Assembly (NCBI GenBank): GCA_951406725.2
Contig: OX597830.1
Location: 4,588,001 to 4,652,000 of the forward strand
From: Octopus vulgaris
Taxonomy: Eukaryota
Reading direction: 5' to 3'
DNA length: 64,000 nucleotides
Shown here one piece after another: positions 12,760 through 24,428 of the stretch. The notes under the pieces are model-generated. The model was not told the origin of the DNA, made no database searches, and was given only the letters and a program-made list of their open reading frames with translations. Position numbers and translations under genes: made by a program. Positions within the stretch are counted from its first letter, which is position 1. Each line of letters starts with the position of its first letter.

Positions 12760-14029
12760 TCGAAAGTATGATAATATGAATAAGAATGGAGAAAATCATA
12801 TCCTTAATTGATGGCTACACCATTTATAACCAATGATTGTTTTTATCATCATCATCTTCATCATGATGATGATTTAACATCTGTTTTCCATGCTGGCATG
12901 GGTTAGGAGCCATCCAGGCTCCATGTCTCAACTGCTGGATACTCTTCCTAATGCCAACTGGTTTACAGAATGTACTGGTTATTTTGACACAACACTAGCA
13001 TGGATGTCTTTATGTGGCTCCAATATGGGTACTTTTTACATGGTACCAGCACCCATACACACACACAAACATATATGTGTGTGTGTATATGTATATATAT
13101 ACATACGCACATATACACACACACATTCATGTGTACATATTCATATATGCATTTGTGAGTGGAGTTGTGTGGTACAGTTGATCTCAGGTTTGGTTTCTGG
13201 GCCAGGGGTTGTGTTGTGTCCCTCAGCAAATCATTTCAGTTAGTCTATTCAGAGGGAATGAGTACCGACTGAGTACTGGTGCAACTGTCTCCCTTCCTCT
13301 CTCTGTCTCTCTCCAGGAGTCAGATTTTGGTAGTACCATTCAATCAAGAGTAGAAAGATGGAGAATTGTCAACTCAAAACTACATTGTCTCCTAAAAGAA
13401 GGACTACAAAATCATACTTAATTGCAAGTAACATCTATGGTTCCAACTGGGTTCTGTACACACACACATACACACACACACATATTAAATATATGTTATA
13501 TATATATATATATATATATATATTCATTCACATATAGACAGATATACACACACTCATATATATGCATTGTATGAATATATACATACATGCGTACACATAT
13601 ATGTTTGTGTGTTCATGTAGTGATTCTTTATTAATTCACTTCTAAGTATTTTCAAAAAATAAATCCACTTTGGTATTTAAGAGTAAGATTATTATTTCGT
13701 TCTTTTCACCAAGAAATTAAGAGTACAAAACCCCCCCAAAAAATGGGAATGAATGAGAGAACAATGAAAGAGAAGATGTCACTGGAGACATTGACAATTT
13801 AAGTAGCTGCAAGAAAAGCTGCAGCCACCACATAGCAACTGCATATTCGTACGAGTCTGTTTTCTTTGTGTGGCATATGAAAGCAATGACTAATTGTTTC
13901 CTAAGTGCTACGGAATATGGAATCTATATGGTTTATTGGTATTGTTTTGGTGTTTCCATATAATGATGGCCCACTTTCTCTTCAGTATTTACCATTTGTC
14001 AATAGAAATCTCATGTTTTTCTTTTACTC

Positions 14030-14320
14030 TGTACATGCACACATATGCATTGTCGCATATATACACACACACAAATATATACATACATACACACACACTC
14101 AGTCATTGTCATATATACACATATTTTCATTGTCACATATAAGTATGTATGCATGCATTGTCTTATATATACACACATACACATGGCTATGCATTGTCAT
14201 ATATATATATATATATATATACATACACATGTATGCATTGTCTTATGTTCACAAATGTATCCATTGTCTTACCTGTATACACAAATGTATCCATTGTCAT
14301 ACACCCACCCACACACACAT
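14030..14320. repeat. Degenerate minisatellite with CATTGTC anchors separated by TA/CA runs
   Basis: About 8 CATTGTC anchors between about 14048 and 14298. Confidence 0.7.
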
Positions 14321-14676
14321 TCACAAATAAGCAAACTGCTACATAAAACCATGTTTCTTTATATATATTTGTTTTAGTATATCTTTCATGATTCAGGTAT
14401 GCACTTATGCAAATTTCTTTGCATGTGTGCATGCACTAAGCATTCACACGTGCTGACATGCATGTGCATACGCAAAATCTGGCTCAATAACTGTTAAAGG
14501 TGAAACTTGAAGTACCAAACAGTTCAACGTTATCAATACACACATAGATATATGCAAATACACATATATATGTATGTAAACAAGCATACATACATGTGTG
14601 TGAGCGTGTATACACACACATGCATATGTGTGTATATATACTCGTGTTTATACATATCTAAACATATATGCATGTC

Positions 14677-14679
<3 letters not shown>

Positions 14680-14738
<59 letters not shown>

Positions 14739-14743
14739 TATAT

Positions 14744-14780
<37 letters not shown>

Positions 14781-14801
14781 TATATATATACATATATATA
14801 C

Positions 14802-14851
<50 letters not shown>

Positions 14852-14932
14852 GCATATATATATATGTATATATATATGTATATATGTATATATACATACA
14901 TATATATATATATGTATATATAAATATATATT
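14680..14932. repeat. Interrupted (TA)n microsatellite
   Basis: Direct inspection. Confidence 0.95.
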
Positions 14933-15164
14933 TACATCATCAGTTTTTGTATGTGCTTTAATATCAATATGAATATATATGTACGTGTGTATATATGTCA
15001 TTCTATACTACTCTGTATGTAACGTCTATCCTTTTCAAGATTTACTTAAATAAATTGCCATTTGCAAATGTTAATCATATGTATACACTGCATGTGTATT
15101 CTTTGGTTACGTATAGAAATCTATGTTCAAATATTTATATATATACATATATGCGTTTAGTGCA

Positions 15165-15433
15165 CTTTCAGCACAGCTGTATATAGTTGTTCCAGTGTTT
15201 TCCTACAGACATTATTAGGAAGTAATAATAACTGGAGAGACCTCCTATATACACACTGAGTATGTGCATGATTATGTGTGTGTATGTGTATATATATATA
15301 CACACACGTGTATGTGTGTGTGTATTCACATGCATATGTAATATGAATATATACATACATTCTCTCCGTTTTACTTCTTCTTAATAATGTCTGTAGGACT
15401 CTACAAAACACACATACACAGATTTGCTCAAAG
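15165..15433. repeat. Inverted repeat (arms 15165-15240 and 15361-15433)
   Basis: Perfect 17-bp core TCCTACAGACATTATTA (15201-15217) / TAATAATGTCTGTAGGA (15382-15398), with imperfect extension on both sides. Confidence 0.75.
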
Positions 15434-15916
15434 AAATCTTCTGCAATCCTATAATTTGAGTTTGCAAAGATGATTTGCTTCTTCTAATGGGAAATGAACT
15501 TATCTTGGATTTCACTTAACCTCTGCTCTATCCATCTTCTTATAACTTACAATTTCATATCATTAGAAAGATTTTTTTCTTCTTCTTAACACAATATTTC
15601 CTTCCAAAAAACAAAAGGAAAAAAAACACTCAAACGCATTCATGTGTATGTATTTCAGTATAATTTTGCGATTCCAATGATGAATCTGTACTTTACGAAG
15701 ACTTTTATCTTAGGAACTAACAAAATGAATTCTTCTTAGAATCCTTTGTTTTCATTTGCAAAACTGTAGTACAACTGATTGTATCTTTGTTGTTTAGGAC
15801 AATTAAAAACTTTGGTTAGGGTTTAGTGCCACTTTGGGCAAGCATCGTGTCCTATACTCCCATGCCAACCAAATTCTTGAAGGTGAATATGATGGACAGA
15901 AACTGAAAGAAGCTTA

Positions 15917-15975
<59 letters not shown>

Positions 15976-16339
15976 AATAATAGGATTCAGTAGAATTTAG
16001 GCACATCAACATGTAGGATGCCAGAAATGGCTAGGTACCAAAACATAGGGTTCACAGTGAAGCAAAACCATCATGAAGGTAACAGGTGTTGGTAGGATAT
16101 TGTAGGTACAGAAGTACTAAATCCACTCTAAGCTGTAGATCTGACTCGGGACCGGTTCTATGGGAAGCATGCATACAGAAAAGAACACAATGGAGTTAAA
16201 AATTAATGACAGCTGTTTCAGTAGAATTTAATTGATGTATTCATAAATTATATCATAGCATATAATCCACCATTTTTCAGGTAAACAGGTGGTAGTGATG
16301 ATGATGATGATGATAAAAATAATAATAATAATAATAATA

Positions 16340-16567
16340 ATAATAATCCCTGGCTGGAATTTATAATATCTTAATGCATCACTATGTGTGTTTCCACAAA
16401 TCACATGTTTCTTACGATGCATGAACTAAGATCCACTTGATGTCCATGGATATTCTGGATTAAACTGAAATCAACCCAGGAATATACAAACCATGTTTGT
16501 AAGAAACATGTGTCTTGTGGAAGCATAGAGAGTGATGCATTAAAATTCCATCCATGGATTATTATTA
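16340..16567. repeat. Fold-back element inserted in (TAA)n
   Basis: 16372-16415 matches the reverse complement of 16499-16542 at 38/44 positions; the match extends outward through TCCCTGGCTGGAATTT / AAATTCCATCCATGGA into (TAA)n/(TTA)n. Confidence 0.85.
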
Positions 16568-16684
16568 TGATTACTATATTTATCCTACGTTATATTGGCA
16601 CAACCCCGTGTAACTCCATACAACTGCTATTGCTAGTTGGTATCATTAGGTCGTAGCCGACATAGTAAAATGGGAGCTTTTATA

Positions 16685-16992
16685 CATCATCATCATCATT
16701 TAACGTCCGTTTTCCGTGCTGGCATGGGTTGGACGGTTCGACCAGGGTCTGGGAAGCCAGGAGGCTGCACCAGGCTTCAGTCTGATTTGGCAGTATTTCT
16801 ACAGCTGGATGCCCTTCCTAATGCCAACCACTCCGTGAGTGTAGTGGGTGCTTTTTATGTGCCTCTGGCACAGGTGCCAGGGGAGGCTGGAAAACGGCCA
16901 TGATTGGTTGGTGCTTTTTATATGCCACCAGCACAGAAGCTAGTCAAGGCGGCGCTGGCATCGGCCATGTTTGGATGGTGCTTTTTACGTGT
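16685..16992 (-). mobile_element. RTE-LINE 3'UTR-type repeat, well preserved
   Basis: CATCATCATTTAACGTCCGTTTTCCGTGCTGGCATGGGTTGG...; internal GGTGCTTTTTA repeats; same sequence as the 3'UTR of the RTE relic at 33222-33779. Confidence 0.85.
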
Positions 16993-17029
16993 TCTCAGAA
17001 ATATTTCTTGTTAACAAACTACAAGGATT

Positions 17030-17381
17030 GTAGCTGTGGCCGATGCTGATCTCATGTAACTGGCACCCATACTAGTGGAACATGGAAAGTACCCACTACA
17101 CTCTTGGTGTGGTTGGTGTTAGGAAGGGCATCTGGCCATAGAGATCAGGCCAGATCAGACTGGAACCTGGTGTGGCTCTCTAGTTTTCAATCAAACCATT
17201 CAACCCATGTCAGCATGGAAAACAAACTTTGTTTGGTTGTTGTAAATGAGCCCTAGCAAGCAAACTAGTGAGGGTTGGTGACAAGAAGAGCCTGTGGTCA
17301 TAGAAAATCTGCCTCAATGAATTCTGCCTAACCCATGCAAGCCTTGAAAAGGGAACATTAAAACGACGATGATGATGATGG
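17030..17381 (+). mobile_element. Two RTE-3'UTR-type repeat fragments, opposite in orientation to 16685-16992
   Basis: CCCACTACACTC...TTAGGAAGGGCATC...CCCATGTCAGCATGGAAAA; the second fragment ends in (GAT)n at about 17380. Confidence 0.75.
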
Positions 17382-17869
17382 TCTTCTGAAGTTAAGGATC
17401 AATGCAAGTTCTAAGTTTAATGAATTGATTTCATTCCCAGTTGTTTATTTAGTAATCCCATCACCACCACCACCTCCACCACCACCTCCACCACCACCTT
17501 CACCACCACCTCCACCACCACCACCACTTACTGGACTGAATGTTAATGTTTGCAGTGTTAAGAAGTGAATCAGAGACCTTAAAATTTCATTGACCTTCTA
17601 TAAATAATATAAGTTCACAATATTCTAATTAGAGAGTGAATTAGCTAATTCATTAAAAGTGTTCGCTAAAATGAATGCCCTGCAGTTTGTGTTCTGGTTC
17701 TCTACATTGTGAGTTCAAATCTTGCTGAGGTAATCTTTGTCCTTGCATTTCCTTTCAAAATTCAATAAATAAGGACCCAGGGCAGGATAGTGGGTTGCTA
17801 GAACTGCCAACTTTTGGGGCAGGATGCCTTGTCATATCTGATTGAGCTTTTTACAAATTGACAATAATG

Positions 17870-18560
17870 CCTATGAGGACACTGGGACCAAGCTGTATTG
17901 GCTTCTCCAAAGGTAACATCTGCAGTATGGTGAGTGGGGGGGGTGTGCTTCAGCAGTGGGGAAGAACTTCCCATGTGTAGATCTCAGATCTCACAAGAGA
18001 GTTTGGATATTCTAAATTCAATCTTTTTGAAAATGTTTACAGTTACATTTATTTAAGTCTCTGCAGAATTGAAATTTTGTTTCCCAAGAATCTATCTCCT
18101 TAACTTTTAAGATGTTCCTGATAAAAGCAGGGCCAAATTTCTGAAGTATGTTTAAAATAAAACCAATAAAAAAACTGTAAATAGTGAAAAACTTTATTAT
18201 TATTATCAAAGGATAAACACATGACCTACATATTTTTTTTTCTTTCTCTTCCTTCAATTCTTTATTCCCAGCATATTTTGGTAAACATAAAATAAATCTG
18301 TTCCAGACCGATTCTTTTATCTCCAAAAACTTTTCTTTTTATCTCCTCCATTGCTGCCTTTCAGTTTGAAGGGTAATGAAGAAATCTTTCTTTCACCTTT
18401 CATTATTTTTACTTCGTGTTTTGGCAATAGTTTACTTCTCTTCCACATAGATTGGACTCAATGTCCATACTGCAAGTTTTCAATTACCCAATTCGAAAAA
18501 ATCAATAAGCTGGATAAGTGTACAGAGAGGTATGTTTAATACTGCCAAAATTTAGGTGCC
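17870..18560 (-). pseudogene. Possible highly decayed LINE ORF1 (gag-like) fragment
   Basis: Minus strand near 17875-17920 reads TGTTACCTTTGGAGAAGCCAATACAGCTTGGTCCCAGTGTCCT, a frameshifted CYxCGEAxxxxSQCP-like knuckle lacking the His; purine-rich upstream. Weak. Confidence 0.22.
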
Positions 18561-19534
18561 ATAGTGATAAATTCCTGACAAAATATGGCTCTCGTTGCTG
18601 CTACCTGTCTAATATCTCCATTAGTATGAAGACAATTAAATGGAATTTTGAAACTATGCCATTCATATCTTAATATGAGTTTTTATAAGCAACAAATTTG
18701 CTGACAAAGCAAAGTAAACTGACATGAGGTTTTCTTGGGAAACCTTTTAGCTAAGTGAAGATAAGCCAGAAATGTACATTAAATTTATTACCTTGTGATC
18801 AGTAAGTCTTGCTTAAATCTATTCTTCAAATGTCTTTTCAAAGACTATGCTTACATAGTTACACATTTAATAGAATACATTGACTCAGTTTAAAATAATC
18901 TTCTTTTAGACACAAACAGTGTGGTTGATCATGATTGGAATTCCTGGAGACGAGGTGAAAAACAACATCAACAATAAAAAAAAATATATAAAAGACAAAA
19001 CTGCAATGAGTTTGTTGTTTTGTGGATGAAGATCTCATCTAAAACTGACACAAAACAAAACCCCAAAACAAAATGAAAGAAAACCGTTTATTTGTACGAT
19101 AGGTTTCCGTGTTCACGTCTAATTATCACGACACTTCGTTAAGTAAATATTCACACAGAGACTTTGGAAAAGTGGATATTCTTTAGAATGAAGAACACAA
19201 TATCAAATTTGCTCCACAACAGAATGGTATTCGAGTTCAGTTTTATTGATTTGTAGCAGACCAGATTTTGGAGAAAAATAACAAAAAGACAAAAAAAAAA
19301 AAAAAAATGACATTTAAAAAAAACAAACAAACAAAAATAAAGCATAAAAACAATATTATATATTTGAATAAACATGACCTTTCTGATATTTTTCTCTCTC
19401 TTCAGCATCTCATCTCTCGAATAGTTTCTTAAATATAAAATAAATCTGATCAAACTAGTTTTGTATTAAATTCTTTCAAAGAAATATCTTTTTTCTTAGT
19501 TCAAGACCTTCTTGGAGAAAATATACGTACATAA

Positions 19535-19578
<44 letters not shown>

Positions 19579-19583
<5 letters not shown>

Positions 19584-19975
19584 GCACAGCTATGAGGGAG
19601 AGAAGTTCACATCCAAATAACAGTTTTTTCCTGGTTCAGTCCTATTGCCCATCACCTTGACTCAAGCTTTGTGAGTAGATTGGTAAATAGAAAAAGTTTT
19701 GTATGTGTGTGTGTGTGTGCGTGTTTCGCCTTGTTTTGCTTGTGCACACTAATTGCAAATGCACACCACTGTCATACAAGTGATGCTGTTTGTAATCTGC
19801 TGTGAGACCAAGTCCATTAGGTTGGTTGTGTCAGGTGAGGGTTGATGACAGGAAGAGCATACAGCCATAGAAAATCTGCCTCAACAAAGCCTGTTTGGCC
19901 CATGCCAGCAGGGAAATGTTGACATTAAAATGATGATGATGGCATGATGATAATACAATGATGATGATGATAGTG
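19579..19975 (+). mobile_element. tRNA-derived SINE family A head joined to RTE-type tail with (GAT)n end
   Basis: GCAGGCACAGCTATG...GGTTCAGTCC head; GGAAGAGCATACAGCCATAGAAAATCTGCCTCAA...GACATTAAAATGATGATG tail. Confidence 0.65.
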
Positions 19976-20612
19976 ATATCGTGATGTAATTTTTAAAACA
20001 GCTAAACTCTCGACCAAAGCACAGTTTCCTATTTCACTCACACATATTTTCCCAGATATTCTTTTCAACTAATTACAACTAGTAACCAATATACCAACAA
20101 CAAAAAAAAATCAACCTAACCTCAGGGATTTGAAAAAGGACAAAAAGCAAAGAAAAATTCAATCTTGGTTTCTATTTGATATTATACTGTGAGTGACTTT
20201 TGCTATCAGTCAGCCATAATATTATCGAAATGCTATGAAAATATCCCACTGAGTTAGACTAAAGCTTAGCAGTTTGTACATTAAGTTTACTTTCTTTTGG
20301 TTGCTAATCTCATAGAAGAGCAAATTTCTAATACATTGTCGAGGAATATAGATAAAGGCAGTTCAGTGTATATACAGAAAGTCACTTTATTTCTTCAGTA
20401 TTCTCTTGGGCACATAAGTACATACATTTCATAAGTTACCCATCCAGCTACTAAGATACTAAAAATATGCATATGAAAACATGAATACAAATGTAAATGC
20501 TTGCGTGCATGTATGTATATGTGAAATTAGCTTTGAAGTCTATTTCCTTGTGGTGTAGTTATTTTCTTATGGTATATGATACGTGGAAGAAGTAATCACA
20601 TTAATGCTGCTG

Positions 20613-20662
<50 letters not shown>

Positions 20663-20799
20663 TTTCTAACTGAGAAGATATGTATAGTCGATTAGATCAA
20701 CCTTAGTACCTACAACCTACATCCAAAGGAAGATTTTGTTTGTAGGATAAACAGTAACCAGACTGAAAGAAACTAGCTATCCACCTTCACAGCCAAACC

Positions 20800-21016
20800 A
20801 CCAGGGAGACCTCAATATGAACATCTGACCTGCTAGACATAGTAAATAAATATCTCTCAAATCATCATGTATGATGCAGGATTCATTAAGATATGAAGTT
20901 GGTGATGTTCTATGATAAAAATAAAAGGAAAAAAGAAAACTAACTGGATGGTCACAGCCGGAATGCTTCTGATTATACATCTTAATCAGGGCAGACCTGG
21001 GACTCAGCAGCAACAA
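20800..21016 (+). mobile_element. Interspersed repeat family E (SINE-like 3' portion)
   Basis: GACCTGCTAGA...GGATGGTCACAGCCGGAATG...GACCTGGG motif recurs at 23085-23400 (+), 36590-36700 (-), 28465-28530 (-) and 48380-48485 (+). Confidence 0.6.
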
Positions 21017-21296
21017 ATCCTGTAATACAGTGAATGGACACAAGTGAATGATACAACACACTTGCACATGAGGAGGACATAGGCTTTTCCTAAAACTGAT
21101 TGTATAAATGTGTTTATTGCTTGAATGCCTCAGGCAAGGAAGTGCAGCTCCTCTGGCCATTTTGTAGGGTGTATGTGGCTGAGTGGGAAGGAAGAAATTG
21201 CTCAGAAATGTATTTAATCAGTCAGTTGTTCATAAGTCTGAAAATACACAGTCTAAAAAATTTGTTTGAGCAATAATATATTATGTAATCATTGGT

Positions 21297-21361
21297 TATT
21301 TGTGGTCAGAAAGCAACCATTGGTCTCATGTCTAATATTGCTCTTAGGTGACTCATCAGGG
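21297..21361 (-). ncRNA. Decayed type-I hammerhead ribozyme-like sequence (left arm of inverted pair)
   Basis: Minus strand: CCTGATGAGTCACCTAAGAGCAATATTAGACATGAGACCAATGGTTGCTTTCTGACCA. Intact CTGATGA core, GAGAC instead of GAAAC, minimal stem III (ACC-AAT-GGT); upstream stem I pairing not evident. Confidence 0.45.
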
Positions 21362-21408
21362 ATGGTCATTTTGTATTCTTACCTCTGTTAATAACAGGTT
21401 ATATGCCT

Positions 21409-21493
21409 CCAGTCAGCAGGTCTGATGGGTTGCCTGTATTGCTAAGAGTAGTAATAGACATGAAATCAAGGGTAACTTTCTCACCAGCCATAA
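21409..21493 (+). ncRNA. Decayed type-I hammerhead ribozyme-like sequence (right arm of inverted pair)
   Basis: AGCAGGT-CTGATGG-GTTGCCTGTATTGCT-AAG-AGTAGTAATAGACAT-GAAATCAAGGGTA-ACTTTCT: stem I AGCAGGT/ACTTTCT, long G-U-rich stem II, GAAA at 21462-21465, GUA triplet; A9>G in core. Confidence 0.5.
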
Positions 21494-21527
21494 CTAACAA
21501 CTACTTAAAATAGTGCGGATTTATGTA

Positions 21528-21603
<76 letters not shown>

Positions 21604-21669
21604 CACACACACATACATACAAACATATATACATGTGTGTGTGAGTGTGTGAGAATATGTATGTATTTT

Positions 21670-21837
21670 GGGCTTCCTACAATTTCTGTCTCTCAGATCC
21701 ACTTACAAGGCATTGGCCTATCTGGAAGTATTGTAGAAGACACTTTCCCAAGCTGCCAAACACACTGGGTCTGAACTCATGACCATTTGCTTGTGATGCA
21801 ACTTCTTAACCGCACAGCAATACAGCCATGCCTGTGC
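21670..21837 (-). mobile_element. tRNA-derived SINE family A (5' portion)
   Basis: Reverse complement of the head and body at 53928-54090. Confidence 0.75.
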
Positions 21838-24259
21838 TTCAGCTATGGATGCACCTTCACATTTACACACACACACACACACATGCCTCTGTGAATGGAA
21901 TTCTAAGAGAAGACAAGATACTGTTAAATATCCTAGTGCAGCACTCTTTAGTTTCTGTTCTATCTTTTACTGCAGTAAAACTACTTGTGCAGCCACTGCA
22001 GCAGTCCGGATATTATAAGGTTGCCAGCCAAAGTGCAAGTATGCAAGCATATATGAAAACATTTCGGAGCAATTTCGGTTATACGCTGCTTTCACCCCAA
22101 TTCACTTTGCTATCTGTTTTTGCAATACATATTAAACTAGAGTTCTCCGTAGGACGATATGGCTTGATCTACGCAAATAATTCACTGCAATGCTAGTGAA
22201 ATAGAAGATATTGATTCTATACAAGCAAAATACATCACAAACCCAATAATAGATGACTGTTCAGTGGAGATATATATTCTGTTCAAATAATGAACTGTCA
22301 TCCGATCAAAATATATTTTGTATGAATAATAAAATGTCTATAAAATGCTATAAGAAAGTATTTTGTGGCCATCACAACAACAACAACAACGACAAAGATA
22401 TATTTGACAAAGATATGCAGAGAAGAAGTAAAAATGATTGAATAAAATGATGTGAAGATGGTTATCTTGAGGATCTACATGGAAGTAACCTAGTTTTCCC
22501 ATTGGATAAATATAATTATAATGCCTTTTAATCAGATCTCATCCAGGTTTCATCCAAGATAAAGCTGGTCACTGACAAATAATTGTTGAAATGAAAGTCA
22601 ATTCATAAATCATTAGATGAATAAATATATAACGAGGGCTGTAAGGTTCTGTGAAGCTTAAAGTCTTTGGGATGGTTAACCTTAGTGTATTTCACTCATA
22701 TTTTGCTGTTTTAGAATAGGTGATTCATGTTAAGAGATATTTTATAATAATTTTATTATAGTCCCAGTTTGGTAACCAGGAAAAAGTTATTTTAGAATAA
22801 TTCCAGTTTAGCAAAAGAAGCATTATTCAATTCAATAAAAAAGTTGCATGAATCTTGTTGAGAAAACAAAATAGGACTTACACCATGGTTGAGTCCCTAT
22901 AGCTATTATTGTTGTAATTCTATTTACATTTTAGAATTTGGGGTTAATTATCAAAGTACCAGAGGTTCATGTGTTCATAGAATGCATGGTATTAGAAATC
23001 AATATCAGATATCAAAGCCTTTCTCCAATAACAACCAGTTGGTCATTGACACCTTACTTCATGATATCATTGTGAAAAGAGGAAGTCACTATGTGGTAAC
23101 CAGGCATGTTAGAAATAGCAGCCAAATCATACCATATCATCACAACAATGAAAGGGCACATTAAATCATGTAGCCCTCTCTCCTTCTCTTTCTCTCTTCA
23201 TGTGCCATGTACAGGGACATCAGTAATGATGAACCTCCTTGTCTTCCTGTCCCCCACACAACATCATGTTCTATGTGAAACCAGCTGGTAAGGTCATTGT
23301 GGTCTTTGCTATACAAGAATGGATGGTTGGTCATTCTGTGAACATTTATTTGATCATAAGTCTGCTGCTTAATCAAGCTTGACCTGGGGCTAAACACCAA
23401 CTATAAAAATAATTTCATGTTGAAAGAAAATTTATTTTCTATATTTCCTTTAACATTCTGTGAAGTCGGCACAAAATTATATTTCTGAATCTGTTGATTC
23501 TTCCATACATCACCAAACACCTCACATTTCTATGGAAGAAAAACATTTTACAGTAACACTTTTACAGCAGATGTTCAGTAACATCAACAATGAAGATGTA
23601 GCCACCATGGTAAATACATGGAGCGACTATATGTAGTAACTGCAACTAAGCATTTACTACATGTATTAAATATAACAAACATGCGTAGTTGTCATATGTA
23701 GTAAACACATGTAGCAACTATTTGCTGTAACTACATGTAGCAATTTTCCCAGCAGTTTTCTAAATAAGCAACAAAAAAGTTGCTCAGGAGAATCCTCATC
23801 ATCAGCATCATTTAACACCCAGCTTCAATAGGTTGGTGAGTTTGGCAGCATCTGACAAGCCAGAGTCCTGCATTAGACTCCAGAGTCTACTTTGGCAGGG
23901 TTTCTATGGCTGAATGTCCTTACTAATTAAGGACCTGTAGGCATGTGGTGTATCATTATGCAACCACAATATACTATAAAGTATATTAAATGTTTGTTAC
24001 AAGTCAACACCACATCCTTCTGTGTTAGCAGTGCACTTTACATTATTTTGTTAAGGTTATTTCTACAGAAATTTTTGTTGCAGTGTTTCGTATCAAGATA
24101 TCAGATATGTAGCATACCCATCGTACCTGCTTGGATTGTCTCAGGGCTAAACATAAAAGCCCGGAAGGGACACAACAGCCCTTAGACAAAACAGAAATTG
24201 TGAAAGGCATATATGAAGCCCGACTGACAGGACTCTTCCTCTTTTCCCCTTTGGGCAGT

Positions 24260-24428
24260 TATACTGCTAGAAAACAAAATATTTTAACGATTTTTAAAAA
24301 TACAGTTCCTAATATTTGATTATTATAAAATTATAGGATTTTTTCAACTTCAAATTGGTTATGAGGGTCATCTGAGAGAAACAGGAATCAAGAAGGTTCA
24401 CAGGGAAAAAAATGGCTACGAACCACTG
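24260..24428. mobile_element. hAT/MER5-like MITE right end (partial)
   Basis: Ends AAAATGGCTACGAACCACTG, similar to the Charlie-type TIR of the other hAT copies; left TIR not found. Confidence 0.45.

Noticed and set aside
14030-14320. Repeat-spacer pattern superficially like CRISPR
   Set aside because: Anchors are only about 7 bp, the spacers are microsatellite, and the context is eukaryotic with no cas genes
22002-22012. CAGTCCGGATA matching the reverse complement of the 53112 mariner TIR
   Set aside because: Only 11 bp, 31 kb away, no adjacent mariner sequence
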